DNA of 49,300 nt from the NCBI RefSeq assembly GCF_024521635.1, contig NW_026250434.1, positions 372,001 to 421,300 on the forward strand, given 5' to 3'. The position numbers and the translations under genes are program-made. Positions 11,968-23,963 of the stretch are shown here, in pieces. This stretch comes from Tricharina praecox. Lineage: Eukaryota. Below the pieces are notes generated by a model. The model searched no databases. It was not told the origin of the DNA and saw only the letters and a list, made by a program, of their open reading frames with translations. The number at the start of each line of letters is the position of its first letter. Position 1 is the first letter of the stretch.

Positions 11968-12946
11968 TCCAATGTTAAAGGTTGAACTGAGACTTGAGAC
12001 TTGAAACTGGAAACCTGAAACTTGAGGGCGCGACGTGATTTGGTACGGCGGTATGCAAGATACTTGGGTTGAACTTTTCACTCGGGAAGTATGGAAGTAT
12101 GGAACTACGGCCGTTCCGTGGATAGGTAGCTACAAGCGACGTTGGTTGCTTCCGGAGGATGTAAAGACTGTAATAGCATCGCGACTAGGACTTGCGCTCG
12201 CTCCCATCCGCAGCATTGGCTCCAGATCGATAAGCGCCCGCACTGTAGTCATGGCCGGTGAGCGCTGATGTAACATACCATCAGTGGCTACTGTATACTC
12301 GCAAAAAACCTCGCTGATTCATCTGCCCTGTAGCATTGACACGATGGCCACAAATTAGCTTACTACTACCGATGACTATCGGCATCTCACGGTCAGTTTC
12401 CGTCTTGCTGCGAGTCGATAAGCTGTGCACGGAGTTTCACAGGAAATCACTCACTGACCGAGTGCTGCGACGTGATGCGGTCGGGCTTGGAGCAAGGTAT
12501 GGCATCCTCGTGGCTCTTTCTGGGGAAGGGCGACTGTCTTGCACTTGGTTATTTTCCCGTATGATCGGGCTCTTAGCTATCTACGCTGGCTATGCTGGCG
12601 ACTAAGTGGTCTCGGACGCTGGAAGGCGGAAAAAGTAGAAATACTAGACAGTAACAACAGTTGTTACTTCTCAAAATATGCTTGCGACCAATATAGCCAC
12701 CGGTGTATATCCTCGGACGATTGCAGAGTTCAACGAATTCCATCAGACGACAACCAGACATCGCACACACGATGTCACTCGTTTATTGGAAAGTTCGTCC
12801 TGACAATACGCACTTGACTGGGACGTGAGACCGTCGAGTACTACGGTTTCAACGGTGAGTACGTCTCTGTCCAGTTCATGTATTGCTGAGGACTTCCATT
12901 TATCCACCCCGCCCCGCGACTGTTAATCATGCCCACCGCATCCCAT

Positions 12947-15550
12947 CTAATGTTCCTCCGCCCACTTCCGGTACCAATCCAGCACCTCTGGATCCTCCAC
13001 ACTAGCACTGACCTTAACATCCCAGCCAGACAATATCTGCTTTACCGCGACCTCGACCTTCTTCCCATTAGTCGTAAGCGGGATCTTCGGACACTGTTCG
13101 ATGAACGCGGGCACATGTCTGCTACTGAGCTCCCTAGCAACGACCTGCGTGATCTCCTTCATCAATTCGGGTGTAAGCTCGTGTCCCGGCGCCATGAGCA
13201 AGAAGAGCACCACGGCCTCGTCGGTATCGGTCGTGCGGCGACGGCCGATACACAGCGCGTCGCTGATGGACGTGGGAAAGTGCGAGAGCAGGATATTGTA
13301 GATCTCTGCGCTGCCGAAACGCACGCCGGCAGGCTTGAGTAGGCCGTCGCTGCGCCCGAGCATTAGGAGGCCGCGCGTGGTCGGCGAGATCTTGACGAAG
13401 TCGCCGTGGTGCCAGATTCCCGGGAAAGTGGTGAAGTAGGAGCGCTCGTAGGCGGCGGCGCCGTCCGCGCCCCAAAAGGATACGGGTTGGCCTGTCAGGT
13501 GGTTAGCGATGCCGGAGGGGTTAGGGGATGCGGGACGTACTGGGAAACACCGCGGTGCAGACGAGGTCCCCGGGTTCGTTAGTCCTCTCGCAGTTCTTGC
13601 CGGATATGTCGAAGGCTTCGACTTTCATTCCCAGCCCGATGCACTGGATGTAGCCGCTGTGAACGGGCACAAGAGGGTTTGGCGCTCCAAAAAGAGAGAT
13701 GATGTCGGTTCCTGTAGCGAACAGTTCAGAAGAGAGAAAGCGGAGGCTCATAGCTGGGGAGATACGCACCACCGGTAATGGAGCCTAAGTTGATGGCGCC
13801 GAATGCCTGGTAGACATATTCGAAAGTCGATGGAGCCAATACTGCGGCCGTCGAGTATATTGCCTTAAGGGATTTCAGCGGGTATCTGTCTCCTGGAATA
13901 TATTTAGTAGAAGGGACCACATTCGTGAAGGGAAATATGAGTCTGGATACATACTGGGCTGAATATTCTTCTGTTCGAGTATCGACAGATATTTGGCGGA
14001 GGTTCCAAAATGCGTCACGCTGGTAACCAATAAGCCAAGTGGGTGTGAAGATAACCAATCGGTGGCTCACCCGAGTTCCTCGATCAATCCCGGCATCGCC
14101 GCATCTCCATTCCCGTCGACGAGCGGCCTGAATGGAGAACCATCATAAAGGACAACTGTCAGACCACTGGCCAGACCAGAAACAAGCCAATGCCACATCA
14201 TCCCTATGAAGTCAGCATGTGCGAGGGACTGCGAGTTACGTGTAGGCACTCACAGGTGACGGTGGTGTACTGGAAGAACACGTCACCCGGCTTCATGTCG
14301 CAGTGCAGCGTGTGCTCCTTCTTGTGTTGGATCAAGGTGCCAATAGCTCCATGGCAGATACATTTGGGCTCTGTAGGAACCGTCAGTCACTATGGGCGGG
14401 CCAGGGAACTCTAAAAGAAGACAGAACATACTGCCGGTGGTCCCGGATGAGAACAAGATGTAAACCGGCCAATCCGGCTCGAGTTGTAAGAATTCAAGCG
14501 GCCTCCGGGGGTCCTCTGCCGCCGCCAAAAACTCTTCCTCTAGCCATGCTTTGCCGTCGCTTGATAATGTCAAGATACTCAAGTCGACGGGAATGGCCGG
14601 GAACTTCTCCAGCACGACGACATGTTTCAGCGACGGGAGGCCCTTCAAAATCTCAGCAAGCTTGGCTATCGAGTCGTGGGCTCGTCCGTTGTAGAAGACG
14701 GCATTATCGGCGAAGAGGACAGTGGGTTCGAGCTGCGTCCACCGGTCTAAGACAGCGGTGGAGCCGTTATCCGGGCTGCGAAGAATTCAGCGCGGGAGGA
14801 TGACGTGTGCGGGTGCAACGAGCCCGTACCTGACACCCGACCAGATCGCACCCAGCGAGGTGGCAGCCAACATAGCCACCAGTGCCTCGAAATGGTTCCC
14901 CACGAATCCTGGATGAAACAGACATCAGCGCTACTTAAGCCCATGGCCACCTCAGGGTTCAAAGGGAAAGTCCGTACCGACAACTCGATCCCCTGCCTGC
15001 ACCTTCCCCGCCATGGCCGCAGCATAGACCCTCACGCGCTCCCGGAGCTCCTTCCACGTCTTGCGATCCCTCGTCTCCTCCGTAGCCGCAATGATCGCTA
15101 TCGCATCCTCGTGCGGGGGTTCGGCTACCTGCGGAAACAGCAAGTTTTCCGCGAAATTAAGTTTCGCGCCAGAGAACCACTTGGGGCGCGGAAACATCGG
15201 TGCGGCGGGATCCACAACCTAATAGATCAGCCCTGCGTCTAACTACATCCCTCCTGGCGAATGGATGGGTATCATACATTGTCGAACCGGCGATTGGCGC
15301 GGATCCCGCACGCATCCCACACTTCGGCCCAGAACTCGGGAATGTTGTCGACCGACCACCGCCAGAGACTCGCGGACGCGTCGGTCTCGGGGCCAAATGT
15401 GATGCCGTATCTGCGCGAGATGTCGGTCTTGAAAGCGTGCATTTGCGTCGTTTCAGGCGCCGGATGTGTCCACAGCTCGCGGCCGATCCTGGGCTCGTCG
15501 CCCGAGTTGGGGGAGGTGCCGTTAGCATTGGGTGTGTCGTTGGACGGCAT
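12947..15550 (-). CDS. Acetoacetyl-CoA synthetase (acetoacetate-CoA ligase, ANL family), multi-exon
   Basis: Motifs [37 protein letters not shown] (AMP-binding), [44 protein letters not shown] and [10 protein letters not shown]. Confidence 0.93.
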
Positions 15551-16353
15551 TGTGGGTGGATGAGGGCGCGCGTGGGATTGATCGATGCGGGGAATGTTCG
15601 GGGAGATGTGGGGCTCTTGGTCTTGTCGAGACTCGAGCTTCATATGCTCGCTTCACACGTGTAAAAAAGTGTTCGCTTATCCCTGTGCTACTCAGGGCCG
15701 ATCATGCCGAGTCAGATGTAATCAGGGACAGCCCGGACAGGGACTGCATCTGTCATCGGTTAACCGAGCGTACCCTTCTTGACCGAGCCGAGACGAGCCG
15801 AGCTCACCAGGTACCTCCGGAACCCAACGGACTTCAACTTTATATTCGCTTCGGCCTCCGAATCTCACGTGATATTTTCGTTTAGATGCCAGAAACTTTC
15901 AGTTACATATGTAGACTGGGTGAATCTGCGATACGAGCGTAAACCGCAAGAAACTGCATGGTGAAGCAGGACAGGAAAGGGGAGACAAAGATGAAGCGGA
16001 GGGCTGACCGTTCGTCTGAGATGGGGAATACCTATGCTGTGGAAAACCAGAGGTGCTAAAGTGCCGGAGCGTCCCTAATACTGGTAACCACGGAAACCTC
16101 ACTGCTACTCGTTTTTACAGATGCGGATGGTTTGTCTTGACGGTGATGTCTGCCTGCCACCTAATATTGTCTAACGTTTTCATCGACACGCTGAAGATTA
16201 CCGTGATAAGCAGTGAGGTTGGTCGGTATGGAAGATGGAGAAGAGTGTCAATTAATGAGCTACTCCACCTGCCAGCCCACCGCGATCTGAATCACGTGCT
16301 CACGCGCACTGACCAAGGCCTTCAGAGCGCCACAGCATGACATAACCTTAGCA

Positions 16354-16417
16354 CCACAGCGCCACAAGACCATAGCGCCACAAAACCATAGCGCCACAAT
16401 TCCACAGCGCCTCAACG
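16354..16417 (+). repeat. 4 x 16-bp tandem minisatellite
   Basis: ccacagcgccacaaga / ccatagcgccacaaaa / ccatagcgccacaatt / ccacagcgcctcaacg. Confidence 0.85.
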
Positions 16418-17440
16418 CGATATCGCTATGCGACTATTACCAGTAACAGAGTCAGCGAGCTTTTCCGGACTTTATTAGGACATAGATTACCAGAATCACC
16501 TTGTAGGCTAGCCAAAACCAAAATATAATTCATGGTTTCAAACACCAGTCTCTTGTCTCTTTATTCGGTTGAATTTCTGTTTGGACCGTTTAACAAACCA
16601 CCCGTACGGGGATGGTGAAGTGTTTGAATCCCCGAGTTAAACAGCATTGCACGCAACTTATTAAAGCTGGAAGGCACACGACAGCCTGTGAGTAATCTCA
16701 CACTATCACTCGCGTTTTCCGAGAAGGAAGCTCCATGCGTTACCTACGATGTGTCCGACCAAGAGCTCAGGGAGCGTGAAGAGAGGGAGGCGGAGCTGAG
16801 GCGAGAGGGGAAGGATGGTGCAGAAGTCTATGAACCGGGATCACTCTCGTTGGTCTTCCCCACGTCCTCTTTCATGGCATCTCTTGTTGAAGAGACACAG
16901 AGGCGAGGCTGAGTCGGCCCGAGAGGGAGCGGAAGGTGTCTTTTCCTAGTTTCATTACTTCGGTGGGCTCTCAGTCTATTGCTGGCACAGGCTGGGCGGA
17001 GGGCAGGGGAAGACACAGAAAGTTGGGTTTTAGACAGTGGCGTGGAAATGGAGGGTGCATGGGCGGATATTGCGATGATCTACATAGGCCGTATGAAATC
17101 AATGCATGAACCAAAGACAGCCCGGTTGTAAGCGGTTCAGGTTTCAGCAGTCCCGGATACGTTCTTGACGCAGTGTCTCAACTTGGCTCGTCTTTTCTCC
17201 GTCAATAGTAGGCGTTTTTCAGGTGGCTCGATTCCGTCACCAACCACTTATTGTCGAATACCTTGCCGCCGTATGGACAGTAGGCGCGGTAATCCTCAGT
17301 GCTGTGGCGCTTTCGACCCTATGTTGTCAGGTGATGTACTAGCCGACGGGCGTGTTGAGGGTGAATGAAGCCTGAGCAAACGACCCTTCACTACCAAGTG
17401 GAATTGAAGTTGAGGCGACTCGCCGAGGGTCCGCAATCCG

Positions 17441-17448
17441 TATAAATA
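17441..17448 (+). promoter_or_regulatory. Putative TATA box of J-like gene
   Basis: TATAAATA 135 bp upstream of ATG 17576, followed by a pyrimidine-rich leader. Confidence 0.5.
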
Positions 17449-17575
17449 GTTTGACGACAACCATTCTTCCTTTCCTCTACATCTCTCTGGTTCCTATCAC
17501 AACCCAGATAGCAACAATCGACATTACTTTCTTCCTTTTCGCCAACCCTTTCGCAGTTACCAACGAGCTATCACG

Positions 17576-18242
17576 ATGGGTCGAATCAGCTGCTACTATG
17601 CGCTGATCGGTGTTGCACACGATGCAACAACCGAAGAAATAAAGGCAGCCATCGAGCTGGCCTTCGAGGAGGCGGACGACAACGGGATAAGCGTCAAGAC
17701 TGTAAGTTCACGCAATATTCATTAAGATATGATCACCCAGACTGACAGGTACAGCTGCGCACGGCCTCCAACGTGTTGACGAGTCTGCGGCGTCGAGAAA
17801 ACCACGACCGACGGCATGCTCATGGATGTAAGTTGCTTTCCCTTGCGCATACCTACTTCCCTCACTGATGATGTTAGGTACACTGTGCATCTATGCGCCC
17901 GTCAGGCGGAGGCCCGACGTTACGCTCATGAAGCCGTGGGTCGGAAGGCCCAGCGAGTCGCCAATCGTTCGCGAACGCCCCGCACCAAGCCTCTCCGAAG
18001 GTCCAGACGTCACCCAATGGGTCGACGTCTATGGGACTTGCCCACTTCGTGCTCTCTTAGTAGCACGGAGTAAAAGACGGCAGAGGAAACTCGGGAAAGG
18101 TCGTACCTTTCCTCAGCCGCTCTGGGAAGCTGCGGATACGAAGAAGTACGCGGCGAGGGAGAAGCTGGTGTTGGTGGCAGAGGGGGAGACCACGGTGGAT
18201 GCGATCGTCGGACGCATGGGGTGGACCATCGGAGGTGAGTGA
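17576..18242 (+). CDS. J-domain-like protein lacking HPD (3 exons: 17576-17701, 17755-17827, 17878-18242; ~187 aa)
   Basis: CYYALIGVAHDATTEEIKAA...LRTASNVLTSLRRRENHDR parallels DnaJ helices I/II and III/IV. GTAAGT donors with CTGAC/CTGAT branch sites keep the frame. Confidence 0.65.
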
Positions 18243-18428
18243 AGCGACATTCCATGGCCACTGGTTACGTGGTGAGGTTTTTTACCTATGGGTTTTCCTC
18301 TAAAAAAACATCGTCTTCCTGGCCGCTGCGCGAGGAGACGAGGTTTTTGCTTGCTGCTTTGCTGCTGCTATCCCAAACAATCGATGGATGTGCATTCCCA
18401 CCTATGTAGGGTGGACTGTCGGTACGTG

Positions 18429-18964
18429 CAGGGCTGTCAACCGTCCGTCCCGTCCGTCTTTGAGGTTGCCCGGCCCGGGACGGAATTAGTCGGGCTGAGG
18501 AGACCAAGGACTACAGTCTTCCGGGCTGCAGAAATGAGGACGGATACCCTACAGGGCCCAGAATCTACTGACACATTAGGACACTGCTGGCGGCGAGGCG
18601 CCACACAGTGGCGTCGGTGTGAGGATGTGTGACTGGGCAGCTCTATTTCGCAGTTTCTCTCACGGTATAGAACTTTCACACCATCCCCGTTCCTACTTCA
18701 AGCAGTGCCTATCAGCTGAGCATTTGACGAATCTGAAAATTCTGCTGAAGGTTGAAAATCCCGTTGGTAGCTACCGCGCTACTCCGCAAACTAGTAGTCA
18801 GCATAGCACTCTAATACTATCAGGTACCTATAGGTACCTAGCGGGTATCCGGGCATTTCATCCACCGGACGGAATGGATCAGTCCTCTGGAAAGCCTGCC
18901 CGGGAGGGGACGGGACTACAGTCCACTAGTGGACTGTAGTCAGGACGGACGGTTGACAGCCCTG
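18429..18964. mobile_element. hAT-type MITE, copy 2 (536 bp), nested in the TIR element
   Basis: 22-bp TIR CAGGGCTGTCAACCGTCCGTCC; perfect 8-bp TSD GGTACGTG (18421-18428 and 18965-18972). Confidence 0.95.
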
Positions 18965-19450
18965 GGTACGTGATGGCTGGGAGCCTGGGAAAGGGGGGGA
19001 TTATCCGAGAGGACCCAAATGACTCGCAATACGATGCGCAGGACAATAGTTTATTGTTCGATACCGTATTCATATCACGATTCATTTCCACTTCCTCTTG
19101 GTGTCACTTTGACGAAGTCAAGCAGACGGACGAAATGTGAATGATGAGAAAGATGCTGTATTCGCTAGCTACGGACGGAGAATATATACTCTGCTAGCGC
19201 GAGACAGCTATCTGTGTGTGTCAAATATAAGGTAGATAAAGATGATGATAGCACCTATTCGGTACAGCAACAATATGGTGAGCAGCGAGCTCTCTCTATA
19301 CAACCTTCACAACCAGGAAGTATCCACATCGATCTCTTCGGAGTTCTGTGCTCAGATACCCCACTGGAGTACGCTAAGGACATCGTTATCTCCGGACGTC
19401 CCATAATCTGACAGAGAGTGACAGAAAATCTCATATCCATATTCCGACAG

Positions 19451-19503
19451 AGAGACATCTTCCTGTTTTATGTCGCATGCAGCCTATCTAGACTATGGCG
19501 AAC
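19451..19503 (+). repeat. Dispersed ~55-bp repeat, second copy at 38526-38582
   Basis: agagacatcttcctgttttatgtcgcatgcagcctatctagac-tatggcgaac vs agagagatctccctgttttatttcgcatgcagactatctagactaggtatggcgaac. Confidence 0.8.
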
Positions 19504-20159
19504 TATATTCTGACAGTATGCAACACAAGCGACAGTGTCATAATCTCACGAACTTTCGTGTACCGCGTCAATTCCGCGGACAAGGTCATGAACGATCACT
19601 CGATATGCCGAGATACTTCGGTTATGCGTTCTCACGGAAGTGGCGAGCGGCAGCGTGCGGCCTCTATCCTAGGGACCCCCGCGCCTTCCAGTATATATGC
19701 CTTTCTTTCTGTCGTGTCTGATACACTGTGCACTATCTCACGATACCACGTTTCTTGAGAGAAAGACTGTGCCTGCGAGCGAGTGACAGCAAATGCAATC
19801 GTACGAGTGACAGCTCATTCACTTGCGTCGTACCCAAAGGGTGACAGCACTGAACCCGCTCGGGAGAAAGGTTGCACTGCGAACGGTATAATCGAGGGAT
19901 GCAGAGCTTTCTTTGTAATCTAGCCGGATCTATATTCAGATAATAATGGCTCTGACGAGTTGATTTTAGGGGTCCGATAGTGAATATAACGCAAATACTA
20001 GTTTCTTTATGCTCGGTATGAAAAGCGATAGCGCACGGATTCTTTTGGTATTGGTATACTATATACTTTTTTTCACGCCACCTTCCTCCATCTCTTCGGT
20101 CTCTCCGCTACTCCTTTCACTTCCTCGGTCTCGAGGACCTGCTTGGAGGAGTCGTCACC

Positions 20160-21756
20160 TCATTCGAGGTACGGCGCAACTTCCAAGTCTTCCACGGCGG
20201 TGATATACTCGATCACCTTCTTGCGAAGGTGACACGAGGTCTCAACCACCGGGGAACGAGGGTCTGACGCCAGCCTTGCACGGAGATGAGGAGCCAGCTG
20301 CGCGGGCGCAGCTGGTGGTCTGGGCTCGGCGCTCTTCGGAATCTTCTCGGAAGCCGACCGCTTCCCGGCAGTCTCCTTGTCGGCGATGGGGGACTCGGCT
20401 CTCCACCTCATCTCGAGGGAAGAGTTGGCCGTAGCCTGCACCTTCTACATCCTTTCGGCATACATAGCGGTGTTCGCCTCGACGAGATTACCCCATGCCG
20501 CGATGGCCAACTGCCGGGAGGGATCTGTTTCCGCGCTGGGTGGCTGCACTCTTCCGAACGGCCTGCTGCTCCGCTGCCTGGAAGGTACGGCGCCTCGACG
20601 AACGCTACCAGGATTACTGGGTTTCTTCGCGCCAGTTTCTCCGGTGGTAGTGTTCGGAAGGGTCATTCTCTGACCCTCTGCCTTCTTCTCCCCGGTTGAG
20701 CGGAGCTGTAGGTGCTCACACACCAACGACTGTGTGTGGCCGTCGGCCTTCAGAAATGCCTCCCACAACCTGCGGTCGTTAGCCTTGATCATATGTTTGG
20801 TGAAGTGGTAGAAAACTCACGAGTTCGCGTTGAGTTCTTGTTGCGCTTCACACTCTTCCCGCTCCAGCTTTGGCAGCATGGTTACGGCCTCTAGTGCTTT
20901 AGCCTTGACGCTGCTCGGCTTCCGAAGCCTCGCTCGTCGGGCGGCATGCGCCTCCCCTGACGTCCTACAATTTCTTTCAGTTATTGCATTTCCGTTCACG
21001 TAGAATGAATACTTACTGCTTCTTCCTTCCCGAGGAGCAGCTAGCCAAATTGGCTCCAGCTGCTCCCGGTTCAAGATCTGCGTCGCAGGTGTTCCTTCTG
21101 GCCCCTCTGCCCGCCTTCATAGCTCTCTCGCGCAAGCGGCGACTATCGTGTCAGCACATCCACACTAATAATGATTGAAGGTTTAGCACTTACATCTTTC
21201 GATTCGGCACGCTTGTGGGAACCGAGCCACCGGTCTCCGCCGTGAGCAACACTTCTGCACCCGTAGGTGCGCCGTACGCCGTAGTAGTGACGGCAGAAGC
21301 AGTCACAGCAGAGCCCCTTGCGGCTTCGGCCCCATCGTGCTCCGCGGCTGACTCTCTGGTCGTATTGCTCGATTTGATCAGCATTCATTCCCGAGCAGTC
21401 GGAGGTACCAGCAGTTAGTAGTTACTCACTTGATCTTCTTGACGACCTTATGCTGGTTCATCCCAACAGCGCTTCGCACCGAAGAAGTCTGCTCGCGCAG
21501 ACATTCTTCCACTGCCGTAGCAGTGGCCGCAGTCGTACCGGTCGCATTCAAAACGCTCTTCAGTCCACCAGGAGCTTCTAGCTCGGCGGCGATGCGAGCA
21601 AGTCTATATGCCTCACGGCGTCGGCGCTGCTGTGGGTTCGGCCGCCTGCGATGAACTTAGCAAAGTCCAGAACCCATGCTGGAAAAGAGCCACAGACTTT
21701 TGCTTGGGCTTCTTGGCGAGATTGTGGGAAGTGGGGGAAAGTTCCGACATTTCCAT
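20160..21756 (-). pseudogene. 6-exon orphan cargo gene in the TIR element, in-frame TAG at 20445-20447
   Basis: ATG at 21756. Five GT-AG introns, all phase 2, join one frame (MEMSELSPTSHNLAKKPKQK|RPNPQQRRRRE...). The frame continues past the TAG to TGA at 20160. Could alternatively be an intact gene ending at 20445. Confidence 0.65.
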
Positions 21757-23779
21757 ATCGGGGCAAGGGTTGTGTCGTCGGAAATCTGTTGCGGTGAAGG
21801 CTTTGTGTTGTCGAATTGTTGTTTCGGCCACAGGGTCGTGTCTTCGGATGGTTGTTCAGGAGAAGGGGGATCGGATGGTTTTGTAGGACAGTAGGAGACG
21901 TGGAGTCGTGATTGCTTCGTTGACGTTTGTGGGTGTGGACTAGCACATCATAGTTTGCGTCGCCACGTCTGCTAATCACCTGTCAGGACCTATCACAGGG
22001 TCATAGCAAGCAATTGACACTTGCCTTGTTCTTTAAACCAACCTAACGCGCTTCACTACAAACATCAACCGGCGGCTCCTAATATATGGTCACGCTGTCC
22101 CCCATCCCTAACGAGTATCGCCAGCAGCCCCATTCACATCCACATCGTTCGAACACGCACCTAGTGATGGTGTATGAACTTTGCTCGCTCGTTTCATCTG
22201 ATGAGCAAGTTTTGGTGGGTCTAGCAGGGCGTTCAACCCGTCTCCGACAGTTGGCGTCACGTTTGCTCGCTCGTTTCATCTAGGAAGCACCGGTGAACAT
22301 CACTAGTAGTGCGGTCAGCAGAAGACATCCCGTATATACCAATATTACCGGTGGTATAGCATCCGAGCATAATGTAGTATTTCGTGAGCGGGGCCAGTAT
22401 AGGTGGGAGAGGTTGGTGGACGCCGAACATGGATACGGCCGGGCGGCGCCGTGGCGGCGGGATGTCGGTTTCAACATTCATAATTTCGAATTCGACCGCT
22501 GGGTCGGATCATGATGGCTTTGAAATTTTGAATACACACTATATCCTAGTCTCCCCCTAGCCTTTGGTCTCGCTGGAGAGTCGGAGACGGCTGTCGGAGA
22601 TGGGTATGACGGAGAGGGATATGTTGGATGGACGGGTGGTGAGCGGGAGATGCACGTCACCTACGTGTTCAATCGTCGTTCGGTACTCTACGTACTACGT
22701 AGCAGGCTCGGGACCTACCTTCTGAAACACCCACGACCGGGTACGAGAAACTTTCCGGTGTGGGGTTGCGAGATCTGCACATCCACGGGCGGCCAGCGCC
22801 GGAGGCAAGGAGGGAAGGAGGTGGGGGCTGGGCGGACATAAGACCTCGCCCAGGTATTGAGCCTGACTGGATTGACAGCAATGTCATCCTCTCTCGCCTC
22901 GGTGTGTCTCTTTAGGTTGGCTGGTGTCGCAGCTTCAAACAGTACATGCCTGCGCGTGGGAGTGCTTCGTGTGGAGAGTAGCAAACGTGCTGGCCACCGC
23001 ACCACGTTTGTCGCTATTCCTCGTTGTAGAAATGTGTTCATTGGTGCCCACTCGTACCCTCGAGGCAGAGCGGAAAAGATCCAAGGACGGGGTTTTCTCT
23101 TGCGCTGCCGGCATAAGTTTCTTCCCCATTCCTCTGGGAGTCCAAGTCGGGTGAGAGCCGACTTGCTCCCGGTGGACGGCCTCTCCGAAACTGGGTGACA
23201 GACGGTTTCGTATTGACGAGCATCAAGAAAAAAACAATCTACTCCATTGGGCAGCCGACTGCGTATTAGTGAAGTGCTACGGTGGAGAGTTGAGGGAACC
23301 GGTCGGTCGAGGGAGAGAGCACGGAAGAGCTGAGAGAGCGAGGCAAGGCCCTGGGAGAGTCAGATGGCGGAAGAATCAGGGCACGGCATGGAAGAGTAGA
23401 GGGAGCGGATGGGGTGTAGATACTCTCATTGTTCAGATAGGCCACATGGAAGCAATGAATAACACAAAAATCACACTCATTTCTGGTTATGTTTTGCCCA
23501 ATAGCGTTCCAACGAACGTTCCAACAGCCAGTGGACGACGTTTCCAGGGAATATGGTGGCGTGGGTTCGTTCATACGCTTCCCACTCACTGGACGTGTCG
23601 ATCGTCGCAAGTTTTATACACGCAACCCATTACGTTCATAGAGAATTGTTTTTTCTGATGGATAACCGCATAGCAACACCAAGAACCTCGTCCCCTCGCG
23701 CAGCGGCCAGGAAGACGATGTTTTTTCAGAGGAAAACCCGTAGGTAAAAAACCTCACCACGTAACCAGTGGCCATAGAG

Positions 23780-23930
23780 CCCTCAGTGAAACCACGCAGT
23801 ATTCAACCTTGAGGTCTTCAAGATACGCAAGACATCACTCCATTGACGATACAATTTACCCAACACAGCGAATGCCGTGTCTTAAAGGAAGTCTCCGCAT
23901 CTGAATCCCCTCAGTGAAACCACGCGGTAT
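23780..23930 (+). repeat. Direct repeat CCCTCAGTGAAACCACGCRGTAT (near 23780 and 23908)
   Basis: ~23-bp near-identical pair; the core CAGTGAAACCACG recurs at 25071. Confidence 0.8.
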
Positions 23931-23963
23931 GCACTGATGGCTGTGGTGGCGGTGCCAAACGCC

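Larger units (their letters stand above)
18256..23773. mobile_element. 5.5-kb non-autonomous TIR DNA element with cargo
   Basis: ~95-bp TIRs GGCCACTGGTTACGTGGTGAGGTTTTTTACCTAYGGGTTTTCC... (18256-~18350 and ~23679-23773, 4 mismatches), flanked by AT/AT. No transposase recognised. Confidence 0.85.

Noticed and set aside
22180..22281. Possible hammerhead ribozyme (CTGATGAG plus GAGCAA/TTGCTC stem) between two 20-bp direct repeats TTTGCTCGCTCGTTTCATCT
   Set aside because: No GAAA core after stem II; only a short direct repeat is supported
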